64,000 nt of DNA from NCBI RefSeq assembly GCF_001447785.1, contig NW_015176458.1, forward strand, positions 608,258 through 672,257. The letters run 5' to 3'. Of the stretch, positions 1 through 10,683 are shown in pieces. The notes under the pieces were generated by a model. It saw only the letters and a program-made list of their open reading frames with translations, did no database searches and was not told the DNA's origin. The position numbers and the translations under genes are program-made. The stretch is from Gekko japonicus (Eukaryota). How positions within the stretch are numbered: the first letter of the stretch is position 1; each line of letters begins with the position of its first letter.

Positions 1-1081
1 TGAGGTCCTGCATGTACCAGGAGCTGAACTGGGGCTCATGCCAAGTGCTGGGCCCAAGGCTGGGGTGTCTGTTGCTGCCAGCCTGATCCATCCAGGCAAA
101 AGATGAGAAGGAGGTGGGAGGAAAACAAACACAAATAGTCTTAATAATGGATATAACATACTCATTAAAATAATAAAAAGGCAAAAGAATGTGTGCCTAT
201 GCCTTATTCTAGGACTTTGTGGGTATACCGGAACAGGAAGGATCTAGTAATCTATAGACTGAAAGCACCAAGGTGCCAAAAGTCCCCTATGATGGCCATC
301 TCAGACACTCACATTAAAGAAAACCTTAAGCACTGAGAAAGAAATCTTCAGTTTGATAGGGAATGTATCTACCTAGCTGGTATATTTATGATTTTATTTC
401 CTTTCTGCCTTTTGGATTTTTCTTGAGTCCTTGTTGACTTTCCAGTTAGATCTGTCCCTGTCCCCTCTTCCCTTTTTCCTTTCCCCATCTTTGCAAGCAT
501 GCAAACATCTTTACTTTTGCTTAGAATAAGTTGTAGCTACTTTTCTTCTTTTTGAGCTCTCAGTACATGTTCAGAGAACCCCTCACCAAGGCTACCACAG
601 CAAAGCAAGGAAGAGGTTAACCTTCAGTCGCAAGCTGCTTCTCTTCTTTTGGCTGAGTAGCTCAAACAGATTCTTGTCCAGGGTCCTGAATAAGCCAACA
701 GGTGGGCTGTGAAACCTATTTGTTTTTAACTAATTCCACAGCTGGTGGCAGCAGAAACCCCCTTTCCTCCCAGGATTTAGAGCTCCCAGCTGCTTTTACC
801 CTTCCTCCTTAGGGACACAATAGCTATTAAAGTAGTTGCAGCCCCTCAAAAGCAACAAGAAACCTGTCAGTATTTCATATTTTTTGTGAACCAACCAGGA
901 ATTTCTCATGCACCAACACAGATAAATGAGTGGGCCTCATGCACAGTTCTCATTCGTGTCAGTGGTTTCTGTGCAGGAGAGGAGAGGATTGTGAGCATGC
1001 ATAACACCAAGTAACATGGATCCATAGTAGGTAATGTAGTAGGAATTCAATAGTTCACTTGGCAGGATCTGGGTGCCTAAG

Positions 1082-1187
1082 TGTAAGCCGCCCTGAGCCC
1101 GTCTGCGGTGAGGGCGGGATAGAAATCCAATACAATAAATAAATAAATAATATATGTATGTATGTATGTATGTATATATATGTAAAT
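1082..1187 (+). mobile_element. L2/SINE-type 3' tail followed by (TAAA)n/(TATG)n microsatellite
   Basis: TGTAAGCCGCCCTGAGCC...GGGCGGGATAGAAAT then AATA repeats; same tail type as the L2 end at 33225-33325. Confidence 0.6.
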
Positions 1188-2402
1188 AGACAAACGGGGA
1201 CCTGCAAAAAACTTGCAGGGAAGGTACATCCTACACCAGACAACGTGCCTTTGATGTGGCGAAAATTTAAACCCTCAATGTATTTTTTTTAAAACATTTT
1301 AATTTTTTCTGCAATTCTGGGGGGCTCCCCAAGTTTGCAGAAAAATCTGTTTAGCATCACGTGTGGCCCCAATCCATAGATTTAGGTAGCACAGAGGGGG
1401 GGCAGACTTCATTATAGATAATAGAGATTATTTCTGAAAATTTCATTATACATGAAATGTTAAAATGGATAACTAGTATAGCTTTCAGCTCATTTGCATT
1501 GATTGACTCATGGTGATTTAGTCAGTGGAGTATTCATTTACTTTTTCTCCCCCCCCCCATAAAAAAGAAATCAATCTGAACATTTCTATACAGCCATGGG
1601 TTAGCACACAGACAGGTTTTGTCCATAGCCAATAATGAGGAAATCCCACTACTCTGGTTATTGTTGGTAATGTCTCACAAAGACTACCTTAGTGATATAT
1701 TTTTAATCGGATTAAAATTGTTCCCAATCTCTTACCACCTTACAAAGAAAATAATGACAACAGCAACTGATAGTGTGGATTAAAACCTCATGGGAACGAT
1801 CCTTCCCGTGCACATGAAACTCCCATGCAGGGAGCCCTGTATAACTCAACATGCCCTCCATACCTAGGTGTGCACACTGGAAGTGCAAGTTCATTATAGG
1901 GAATGGAAGCCCCACTTCTAAACCAAATATTCTCCCTTTTCTTGATCCAGTTATATGAGTTATGGAGCCCACATAACTTGACCAAACAGAAAAAGAAGTC
2001 TGGCCTGAGGTGTGGAAACTCACACAGACCTCTCATCCCATAGACTGTCTTAACATGCTGCTTGCACATGTGCAGAGGAGGAGGAAGGAAGGACACGGAC
2101 ATACTGAGTCCCATGTGGATGGTTCCATATGCAGGCACTGAATCCATAGAAGAAATGGTCATACCCCTTATTCATGCAGTAGCACAAGAACTGATATCTT
2201 TTTATGGGGAGGGGAGTCAGCAGTGGCAAAGCAAAAGAATCCTTAAGCGTGCATCCCAAGATGTACTGGCACGTGCTGTAATGCACCGATAATCAGCCTG
2301 ATCCATTGAGAATGGTTCATGCAGAAAAGCAGGTTTTGGCACACACAACTAATTCCAGGCTGGATTCAGCTCTGCTCATGTGAATTAGTATAGGGTTGCC
2401 AG

Positions 2403-2500
2403 GTAAAGGTTTCCCTTGCTTGAAAGCCAGTAAAATATGACTCTAGGGGGCAGTGCTCATCTCCGTTTCCAAGCCAAAGAGCCAGCACTGTCCGAAGACT
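2403..2500 (-). mobile_element. Sauria SINE 3' fragment
   Basis: GGTAAAGGTTTCCCTTG...GCTCATCTCCGTTTCCAAGCC matches the tail of the full copies at 11956 and 45912. Confidence 0.8.
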
Positions 2501-4040
2501 TCATGTTTTTGGCATGCATGTCACCAGTGACATGGGGACACTCTGGTATTTGGTCAAAAACTCTATAGTAGAAGTCATTTTTACCATAGAGTTATTCTCC
2601 ATAAAGTCTGCTTTTTCTTGTGTAGCAGCAATAATCAGTTTGGGTATGGCCAGATTAAGACATGCTGAGGACCAAAACTATGCCAAGTTTAAGAAGCCCG
2701 TTAGCATTACCAAAAACATTTTCTTTTTGCAACTCTGTAATTTTTATTTTTGTATTTAGAGGCTCTTATGATCTGAGGCTATAAAGTATAGCTCATTTCG
2801 TACATAAATCCAGCTCTGTGTTTGAGATGTCCTGGGGATGCATGCCAGTCCCCCTAGAGGAAGGATTCAAAATTTCTCCTGCCAGAAACAACCAATCTCC
2901 TGGAATTAACAATGTAAACCCTTTATCCATTTCAGACGCTGGTATTCCTTGCGCTGCAACACAAAACTACCGTTCAATAATGTCTGCATTTGTTGTTTCC
3001 CCTCGCAGTGGTATCATTTGTTTCTGTGAAGCAAAAGAAATGGATTTGCATCACTGTAATGTGGTCACCTCCGGAGATGCCTCAAGAAGACCGCTGAGTG
3101 CACATTTGCTCTACGCAGAGGAAGATAATAAATGGCAAGGAAAGGAACTGCATTCATCTGAGGCTGCTCTCTCACAGTGCCTCGATCCAGTCAGCAAAAA
3201 AGAAAGAGGAAAAAACCCACCCCATTTTGATTAAGCTGAAAATCTGTTTGTACTTTCATTTGTGGTTTTTAATTAGGACTCCAATTATTTCTTGCAGACA
3301 ACTAGGTTATTAGGAGAGTTGGTCGCGTGCCATTGCAACTGGCAACGAGTGCAGTCACAAACAAAATATAAAAATAGGCCTGTTTAAAAATACCACTGAA
3401 GCCAGCAGCGGTTTCAAAAGATTAAAATCTTAGTGCCCCATATGTTACACCTTTTCCTCACACTCCAGTTCACAGTCTTTCCACACATTCCAAACCAATA
3501 TCCTTTGGGATGATATTTTGCCAATTTGCTTGCAGCCTGGATACCGATTATGTTTGAACGTTTGATGGGGCTCGACAGGGTCAGTCGTGAGCGGTATGAA
3601 TATGAAGCAGTGGAATTTTCAGAGGCATCTATTTGTTTTTTGATGGATTACCGTTAATCAGTGACAAAGTTGGTGTTATTTTACTACCAGTAGTTTCTCT
3701 TGTAGTCATACATGGCATCTCAAAGCAAAGGGGCAAAAAATCCACAGATGTAAGCCACAGCAGACACATCTGCAAGAATGTGTGAGTGGGAAACTGTTAA
3801 GGGTCCCCCCCCCATAGGTGGGAAACTGTTAAGAGTTTCCCCCGCAACCATCGATCGAGGCCACAGTGAGGCATGAATATTCAAATCCTGACCTTCCAGC
3901 TCAAGGTTCCAGAGGTCAGTAGTGAGAAAGGCTGTACTGCTCGCTTCATGAAGCAAAGGCAGAAAGCTGGCCAAGCGAGAGACCTCATACCACCTGCAAA
4001 TCACAAAGGTCAATATTGCATGCCCCAGTTTTCCCCTGAG

Positions 4041-4533
4041 CTATGACCAGGATAGCCCAGGATAGCTTGATCTTGTCAGATCTCAGAAGCTAAGCAGGGC
4101 TGGCCCTGGCTAGTATTTGGATGGGAGACCTCCAGGAAATACTGGGGTCGTGAGGTGGAAGCAGCCAATGGCAAACCACCTCTAGGGTTCCCAAGTACTT
4201 ACCGTGATCCGGCGGGGGAAACATGCTCCCCGGCCGGACCGTTCCTCTCTGTAACACACCATGCCGTCGCCAGGAAGTGATGCTGGGTGATGCTCTGGCA
4301 ATGGGAATATCGAGTTCCCAGCCCCATTGCCAGAGTGTCACCGGCCTTACTTCCTGGCAACGGCATGGTGTGGCACGTCTGTTGTCCCCGCAGGAATGAT
4401 CCTGCGAGGACGTCTGTGTCCCCCGCCGAATCACGGTAAGTACTTGGGATGCCTGACCATCTCTGACAGTCTCTTGCCTTGAAAACCCTACAGGGTCGCC
4501 GTAAGTCAGCTGTGACTTGATGGCAAAAAAAAA
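4041..4533 (+). mobile_element. 5S rRNA-derived SINE with RTE-type tail, interrupted by a hAT MITE
   Basis: GATCTTGTCAGATCTCAGAAGCTAAGCAGGGCTGGCCCTGGCTAGTATTTGGATGGGAGACC is 5S rRNA-like (box A and box C); tail GGGTCGCCGTAAGTC...GACTTGATGGCA(A)n. Confidence 0.85.
4183..4455. mobile_element. Palindromic hAT-type MITE
   Basis: TIR TAGGGTTCCCAAGTACTTACCGTGAT / ATCACGGTAAGTACTTGGGATGCCTG; 8-bp TSD ACCACCTC (4175-4182) / ACCATCTC (4456-4463). Confidence 0.85.
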
Positions 4534-5066
4534 AACCTCCCCTGAAGAGAAAAAGGCTTCAGTTCACAGCCTACACGGCAGCTCACGAATGCCCTATCTC
4601 TCCCCCTTGTTTCCATCGCACTTTTCCCTTTTCCTCACGTAGTGTCAATAAGACATGCGGTCCAAGTATTGTGATCAGAACTCAGTTCCCAGGTACTCAG
4701 GGACCCAATTCCAATCAGAACCATATCTCATGAGGAGAAAGAGGTAAATCCTTCTCCTTCAGGCCCTTTCCTGACTTGGAATGGCCTCGAGCCATTATTT
4801 GCCCCCTTGAAGAAACTTACCATTAGTAATTTTCTACAGTAGGGTAAACAGCATTTCCCCAAGGCGATTTCAATTTCGGAAAATAATGTGTCAGGTAGGC
4901 TTAAGCTTCTCTCCGTGCACCATGGTCCCAGTCTGAATTGCCCCCCCTGCATATCTGGGAATTGAGTTCTGAGCATGGAACTTTCAGTGCACATCTGGTC
5001 AGCAGGACCTGGGTGGATGTGAGGAAAATGTAGTGTGCAGCTGGAGCCTCAGACACAGAGGTTCTT

Positions 5067-5235
5067 GGTAAAGGTAAAGGTTTCCCTTGCTCAAAAGCTA
5101 GTCGAATCAGACTCTAGGGGGTGGTGCTAACCTCTGTTTCCAAGTCGAAGAGCCAGCGCTGTCCAAAGATGTTGCCATGGTCATATGGCAGTACCTGTTT
5201 ATCTACTTGCAATTTCTTGCTTCTGAACTGCTAGG
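5067..5235 (-). mobile_element. Sauria SINE, internally deleted 3' part
   Basis: GGTAAAGGTAAAGG tail and body matching 11956-12308. Confidence 0.8.
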
Positions 5236-5279
5236 AGTACGAGCTCTCAAATCCTTAATACCCTGTACATATGTAAGTG

Positions 5280-5460
5280 CTTTTATGTCATAACTGGCTT
5301 ATGGTGACCCCAGCAAGGAGCTTTCAAGGCAAGTGAGAAGCAGAAGTGGTTTTGCCATTGCCTTCCTCTGCAGAAGCTTCCTTGGTGGTTTCCCATTCAA
5401 GTACCAACCCTGTTTAGCTTCTGAGATTTGATGAGATGGGGATATACCGTGCTACTTTCC
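5280..5460 (-). mobile_element. 5S-derived SINE (diverged)
   Basis: Reverse complement contains GAAGCTAAACAGGG...GAATGGGAAACC and the GGCAATGGCAAAACCAC tail. Confidence 0.7.
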
Positions 5461-5579
5461 TTCGATTTGATATCCTGTAGGGGGCTATTTTATTAATACT
5501 TGATTGATTGATTCAACTTATAAACCACCCTCCCCTGGAGGACTCAGGGTGATGTACAACAATCAATCAATTAATAAAA

Positions 5580-6745
5580 ACATAACAACATAAGAGATGC
5601 CAATGTTGGATCAGGCCAAAGGCCCATCCAGTCCAACACTCTGTGTCACACAGTGGCCAGAAATACCAGTGCCATCAGGAGGTCCACCAGTGGGGCCAGG
5701 ACATTAGAAGCCCTCCCACTGTTGACCCCCCCAAGCACCAAGACCATGTGTTAATCACTCTTTGGGTGAAGAAGTACTTCCTTTTATCCGTTCTAACCCG
5801 ACCGCTCAGCAATTTCATGGAGTGCCCACGGGTTCTTGTATTGTGAGAAAGGGAGAAAAGTACCTCTTTCTTTACCTGCTCTTTCCCATGCATAATCTTA
5901 TAAACCTCGATCATGTCACCCCTCAGTCGTCTTTTCTCCAAGCTAAAGAGCCCTAAGCGCTTTAACCTTTCCTCATAGGGAAAGTGTTCCAACCCTTTTA
6001 TCATTTGAGTTGCCCTTTTCTGCACTTTTTCCAAAGCTATAATATCCTTTTTAAGGTGTGGTGACCAGAACTGCACACAGTATTCCAAATGAGGTCTCAC
6101 CATTGATTTATATAGGGGCATTATGATATTGGCTGATCTGTTTTCAATACCCTTCCTAATAATCCCCAGCATAGCATTGGCCTTCTTTATTGCAGTATGT
6201 CAGCAAGCTGCCAATGTTTTGTTTTCATTTTGTATATGTGTGTGCGCTTGCCCCTGTATGTGTAGACTTGTAGATGCGCATGGCTCCGTAGCTCGCCGTA
6301 ACAATTATATCTCGCCAAGGCCACAGGTGGAAGCAAGGCTCCTTAGTGTGGGAAACTCTCATGAATCACCGTGAGAAAAGATAACATGAGAGGCTTGGAA
6401 CCGTTAGTTCTCATGCCCAAAGGTGCGAGCGGGAAAAGCCTGCAAGCGTGCGGGAAGCCCCGCAATTGGGTAGTAGTGGTTTGAATGTTTGATTATATGC
6501 TTTGCCATTGTGTGTATTCCCCATTCTGAACAGTGATCCTGTTATGCACCTTCAGCTCTAATAAAGTTACCTTTTCTTCAAAAGCGTGCTTATTATGATG
6601 CAAGGAGGAGTCTGACACAGTCACACACTGTCTCGACATTTTCAGTGAGTTATCTACTACGACTCCAAGATCTCTCTCTTGATCAGTCTCTGCCAGTTCA
6701 GACCCCATCAATATGTATTTATTTTGAGGATTTTTTGGCTCCAAT
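5580..6745 (-). mobile_element. CR1 LINE 3' fragment (RT C-terminal region), split by a solo LTR
   Basis: ORF 5675-6172 LYKSMVRPHLEYCVQFWSPHLKKDI...LGLFSLEKRRLRGDMIEVYK is typical CR1 ORF2; colinear with 24666-25667. Confidence 0.95.
6198..6617 (+). mobile_element. Solo LTR (420 bp)
   Basis: TGTCAG...CTGACA termini; 5-bp TSD CAGTA/CAGTC; AATAAA near 6560; the CR1 sequence is continuous across it. Confidence 0.85.
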
Positions 6746-6779
6746 ACAATACAATGCCGTAATATATTCATCTGATGGT

Positions 6780-7087
6780 GTCAGATATCAATTTATGCCT
6801 GCCCCATGAAGGGGCGGGGGAGGGTGAGAGATAGAGGCCATTGCTGCCTTCAACCATCTGCCTGTCGGAACTTCTCTGTCTTGCAGACCCTGTGGAACCG
6901 TACCAGGTCCCACAGGGCATGGACGGTTTCAGATATCAATTTATGCCTGCCCCATGGAGGGGGGGGAGGGTGAGAGATAGAGGCCAGGCTTGATGGTGAG
7001 CCATTGCTGCCTTCAACCATCTGCCTGTTGGAACATCTCTGTCTTGCAGACCCTGCGGAACCGTACCAGGTCCCACAGGGCATGGAT
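6780..7087 (-). repeat. Tandem duplication (about 150 bp x2) of an L2 ORF2 C-terminus/3' UTR fragment
   Basis: Two near-identical units; translation ALWDLVRFHRVCKTEKFRQADG resembles ALWDLLQFRRACKMELFCQAFG at the end of ORF 33551-34168. Confidence 0.8.
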
Positions 7088-7440
7088 GTTGCCCCTAAGG
7101 CCTCTAGACCCAAGTTGTATATATGTAAATAACATCTGCTCAATTTCTTGACAAACAGCAGGGATCAGTTCTTTGTGGAACCTGGAAGGATTTTATTAAA
7201 TTCTCATTTGTAACAGCCCACAACTATCCTCTGGTTTCAAGGTTTAAACCAGATTACCCCACAACCAAGGGATTAGGTCCTACCAACTTTTCCATTCAAT
7301 TATGCCCAATTTCCCTGCTCACTCCAGCCTTCCTCCAGTGTAGCTTTTTCCCACACCCAGTACCCCTAGCATAGCCCTGCCAGTGATCACAAAGGCCCTT
7401 CCTGCCTCTTTCACCAGTAGACAAGCTGGTAGGTACTAAG

Positions 7441-7659
7441 CAGGGTTGCCAACTCTGGCTTGGGAAATTCCTGGATAGTTTGTGGGTGGAGCCCAAGGAG
7501 GGTGGGGTTTGTGGAGACGAGGGATGTTTGTGGGGTATAGTACCACAGAGTACCACCTCCAAAGCAGCCATTTTCTCCAGGATAACTGATCTCTGTCGCC
7601 TGGAGATCAATTGTAACCCCAGGAGATCACCAGGCCCCATCTGGAGGTTGGCAACCCTG
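7441..7659 (-). mobile_element. hAT-type MITE (YAGGGTTGCCA TIR family)
   Basis: CAGGGTTGCCAAC...GTTGGCAACCCTG; perfect 8-bp TSD GTACTAAG. Confidence 0.9.
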
Positions 7660-8929
7660 GTACTAAGATAGATCAGCCATCTGCCCACTAACTCCATTGC
7701 TTCACAACCTATTGTGTTAGGAAATCTGCAAGATCTCCCGATCTCGCCTACACTGTTTTTAAACCCCCCCCTTCCAACGTTTTGTGTCTGATATGTACAG
7801 GTGCCTGTCTTTTGTTCCCTCCACAGCAAATGGCATCTTGGGGAAGGGGTAAGCGATTTAGATTTAAAAAAAAAACACGGCTCCCTGGGAGGAAATGCTA
7901 AATGCATCCGGCTCCTCATCTGCTTCCTCAAACAAATTAGCAGCCTCCCTTCTGCAGGTGCATTGAGTTGGTAGAAAATTACAGATCTCCTGGGAATATG
8001 TGACATTTGGTCCTGATATCTCCAGGGGGATGGCTTTTTGTGGACAGGGAGGAAAAAAACTCAGCAGCTTGGTTGTGTTCCATTCCTAGTAAGTCTGGGG
8101 GGAAAAACCAAGCTAGAGAACCATATTCCCTCCCCCCATTCCTTTATGCTATAGAAAGTATATTCACGTTTAGCTACAGAACCACACCAGACTTCCGAAA
8201 CCAGGTCAGTGCTTATGTCAGAATTATGAAATGGCTACAGTTGTATCCTAATGTATGCACGGGGGGAGGGAGGGAGTTTAACCGTGCAATTAGAACTTGA
8301 ACTGATCCAATTGTGTGATGTAATGGTATACAGCAATTATGCATAATGGTACAATTATAATTTGTGATGATATCACAAAAACTCTTATGGAAGTTTCTGA
8401 ATGGATGGTGGATAGGAAGCAGAACTACACACACACACACTGAAAATCTGGTGTCTTTTAGCGTTTAGCACAGTGGAGAACCCTTCTCTCATTTTTCTGT
8501 ATTATAGAAAAATAATTTGTACTTAAGATGTACCCCCCCCCAAAAACCCTCCAGCTAGAAATGAAAAAACCCCACCAAAAACCCACACATCTTGGCAACA
8601 GAATAATATGCATGAATTCTAATGTTCAATATTATCAGAACGAGATCATAATGACATTTTTAAAACACTGACAAGGGCCTGGGCCTGTCTCTTTCCCCCA
8701 CCCACAGAACTACTTGCAGCTTTGGAGGGGCCTTTTAAATCATGCAAAAGGCATCGGAGGGAAAGGTTAAGCACCCTTTCCCCCAAGTGACCCTTCCCTG
8801 ATCTTCAAAGCAGCTGCCTGGGGCTGTTAATTAGCTTTTAAAAACCTGCAGAAGATCCTAATCATGGATCTTTTCAGGACATCATGTCTGTTTTTCACCC
8901 TTGTAATCATATAGTTGCCGTCTCTATTA

Positions 8930-9066
8930 CGACCAATGGAGGTTTGCCAAGGCCTCGGGCAAAGGTCTTTCCCTGCCCTACCACCCAAAGCCTTTCTGGA
9001 TAGAGATGTTTGGGATTGAACAATGCCTGGCAAAGGCGCATTCCGCCTCTGAGCAGTGTGCCATCC
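8930..9066 (-). mobile_element. Degraded tRNA SINE (Squam2-like)
   Basis: Weak similarity to 32990-33125 and 44380-44668. Confidence 0.45.
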
Positions 9067-9892
9067 CCAAATGAATATTAATTTCAACCAAAGCTTACAA
9101 GGAGAAGGATTTAAAACAACAAAAACAAGAACAATTGATTTTAAAGGTATGCACATCAAAGAAATGTATATTAATTTCAGACCCAGATTTTGGCACGGCC
9201 ACTGATTCTGTTATCCCAGATTTTCACGAGTGTGTCCATAACTGGCTCATGATTCTGTTTCAAGCTTTTTTCGATTCTGGAATGTTGGGCCTATTTTTTC
9301 CCCACTCCCTCCATTCCATCCTGGGAAGCAGCGGAGCAGGGCAGGAGAGGAAGCTGGCTCCAGCAAACCTCTGTTAGTTGGCTTCTCTCTTCCCTTTACA
9401 TTTTAAAGGGCCATTATGTTCTATGGGGTAGATCGGGAGTCTGGAGGTCAGGTCTTCCCACAGGACATCATGGCCCTTTAAAATGTAAAGGGAAGGAAGA
9501 GACTGACAGCTGTGTGGGGGGCAGGCTTGGCCTTTGGAGGCTCGGTCTACCCGCCATGTCTCCTTAAAAGTTGTAAAGGAAAGGAAGGACTGACCCAGCT
9601 CCAGACCTGCCTGGACAGCATCAGAACTGCTGCCAGGTCCAGGCAGTGTTGCAGGCCTTCTTCCTGGTCTGGCCTGTAGCTACAGTGGGGCATCTCAGGG
9701 CTAGGCCCCCGACTTGCTGGTAAGGCCCCCTGACTTCCCATCCAGCCCAGGGCACCACAGCCTTCTCCCCTGGATTAATCTGATTAGCCAGTGCCCCCTA
9801 AGAAATTTAAATGCCCCCTGACTTTAAAAAATCCTGGCTACGGGCCTGTTCCTGGTTACAGTCTGTGCTGCCAGCTTTGGAGGAGGCAGAGC

Positions 9893-10223
9893 TAGGCTTG
9901 CCAAGTCCCCCCAGGAGGCAGGGAAACCCCCACCCCAGAGGCCCGTTCCCCACCGCCGGTGGATCGGGCCCCGGGGGGGAACCCCACCCCGACGTGCGCA
10001 TCACCTGGAAGTGATGTGACGACGCCGGACACGCTGGGGGCGGGGCCACGGTCATCCAAGGGAAAATTCCCTCGGATGGTCATGGCCCCACCCCCAGCAT
10101 GCCTGGCGTCATCACGTCACTTCCTGGTGACGTCTGTGCGGCGTGCGCGTGCCTTGCACGCGCGCACTCCAGCCACCAGCGGGGAGTCCCCCGGTCCAGC
10201 TATATTTTTACTTGGCAACCCTA
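9893..10223. mobile_element. CpG-rich fold-back hAT MITE
   Basis: TAGGCTTGCCAAG...CTTGGCAACCCTA; perfect 8-bp TSD GGCAGAGC; long internal inverted repeat. Confidence 0.9.
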
Positions 10224-10585
10224 GGCAGAGCCCACCATGGCAGTCATAAAATGGCTGATAGGTTTTAGGATTCCCGCGAGGCTTGACTGCTAGCTAAAAA
10301 TAATGGCCCTATAAAATGTAAAAGGCACTGCCAAACAGCTGTTTGCTGCTGCCATCTTCTTTCCTTTCCTTTCCCACTCCTGCCATCCCAAAAATCTGAA
10401 ATGCACCCAAAATTACTGGAGATAAATTTTTGTTAATTTTAGGATTGGGGGAGTATTCTGGGTCATTTCAGATATCCTCGAGCCAACCTGAAATAGCAAA
10501 TTTGGGGTATATTTTTGGCTCAGAAATATCTGAATGGACATCCCTACTTGATTTTACCGAGAAATGTAATTTAAAACATAGGAAA

Positions 10586-10683
10586 GGAAGGCAAAAGAAA
10601 AAACAGAGATCCCCATCCAGTTGCACCCCGAGGAAGGCAAAAGAAAAGAAAAGAAAACAGAGATCCCCATCCAGTTGCACCCC
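10586..10683. repeat. Tandem duplication, about 45-53 bp x2
   Basis: AGGAAGGCAAAAGAAAA...ACAGAGATCCCCATCCAGTTGCACCCC repeated. Confidence 0.9.

Noticed and set aside
2818-3234. 138-aa ORF with a nearby acceptor-like site at about 3008
   Set aside because: Non-ATG start, no recognisable protein and no matching donor site
4060-4150. 5S rRNA gene
   Set aside because: Diverged, lacks a proper 5' end and terminator, and is fused to a LINE-type tail in multiple dispersed copies, so it is a SINE head
7296-8006. 236-aa ORF on the minus strand
   Set aside because: Runs through a hAT MITE; the same pseudo-peptide recurs in other MITE copies; no recognisable domain
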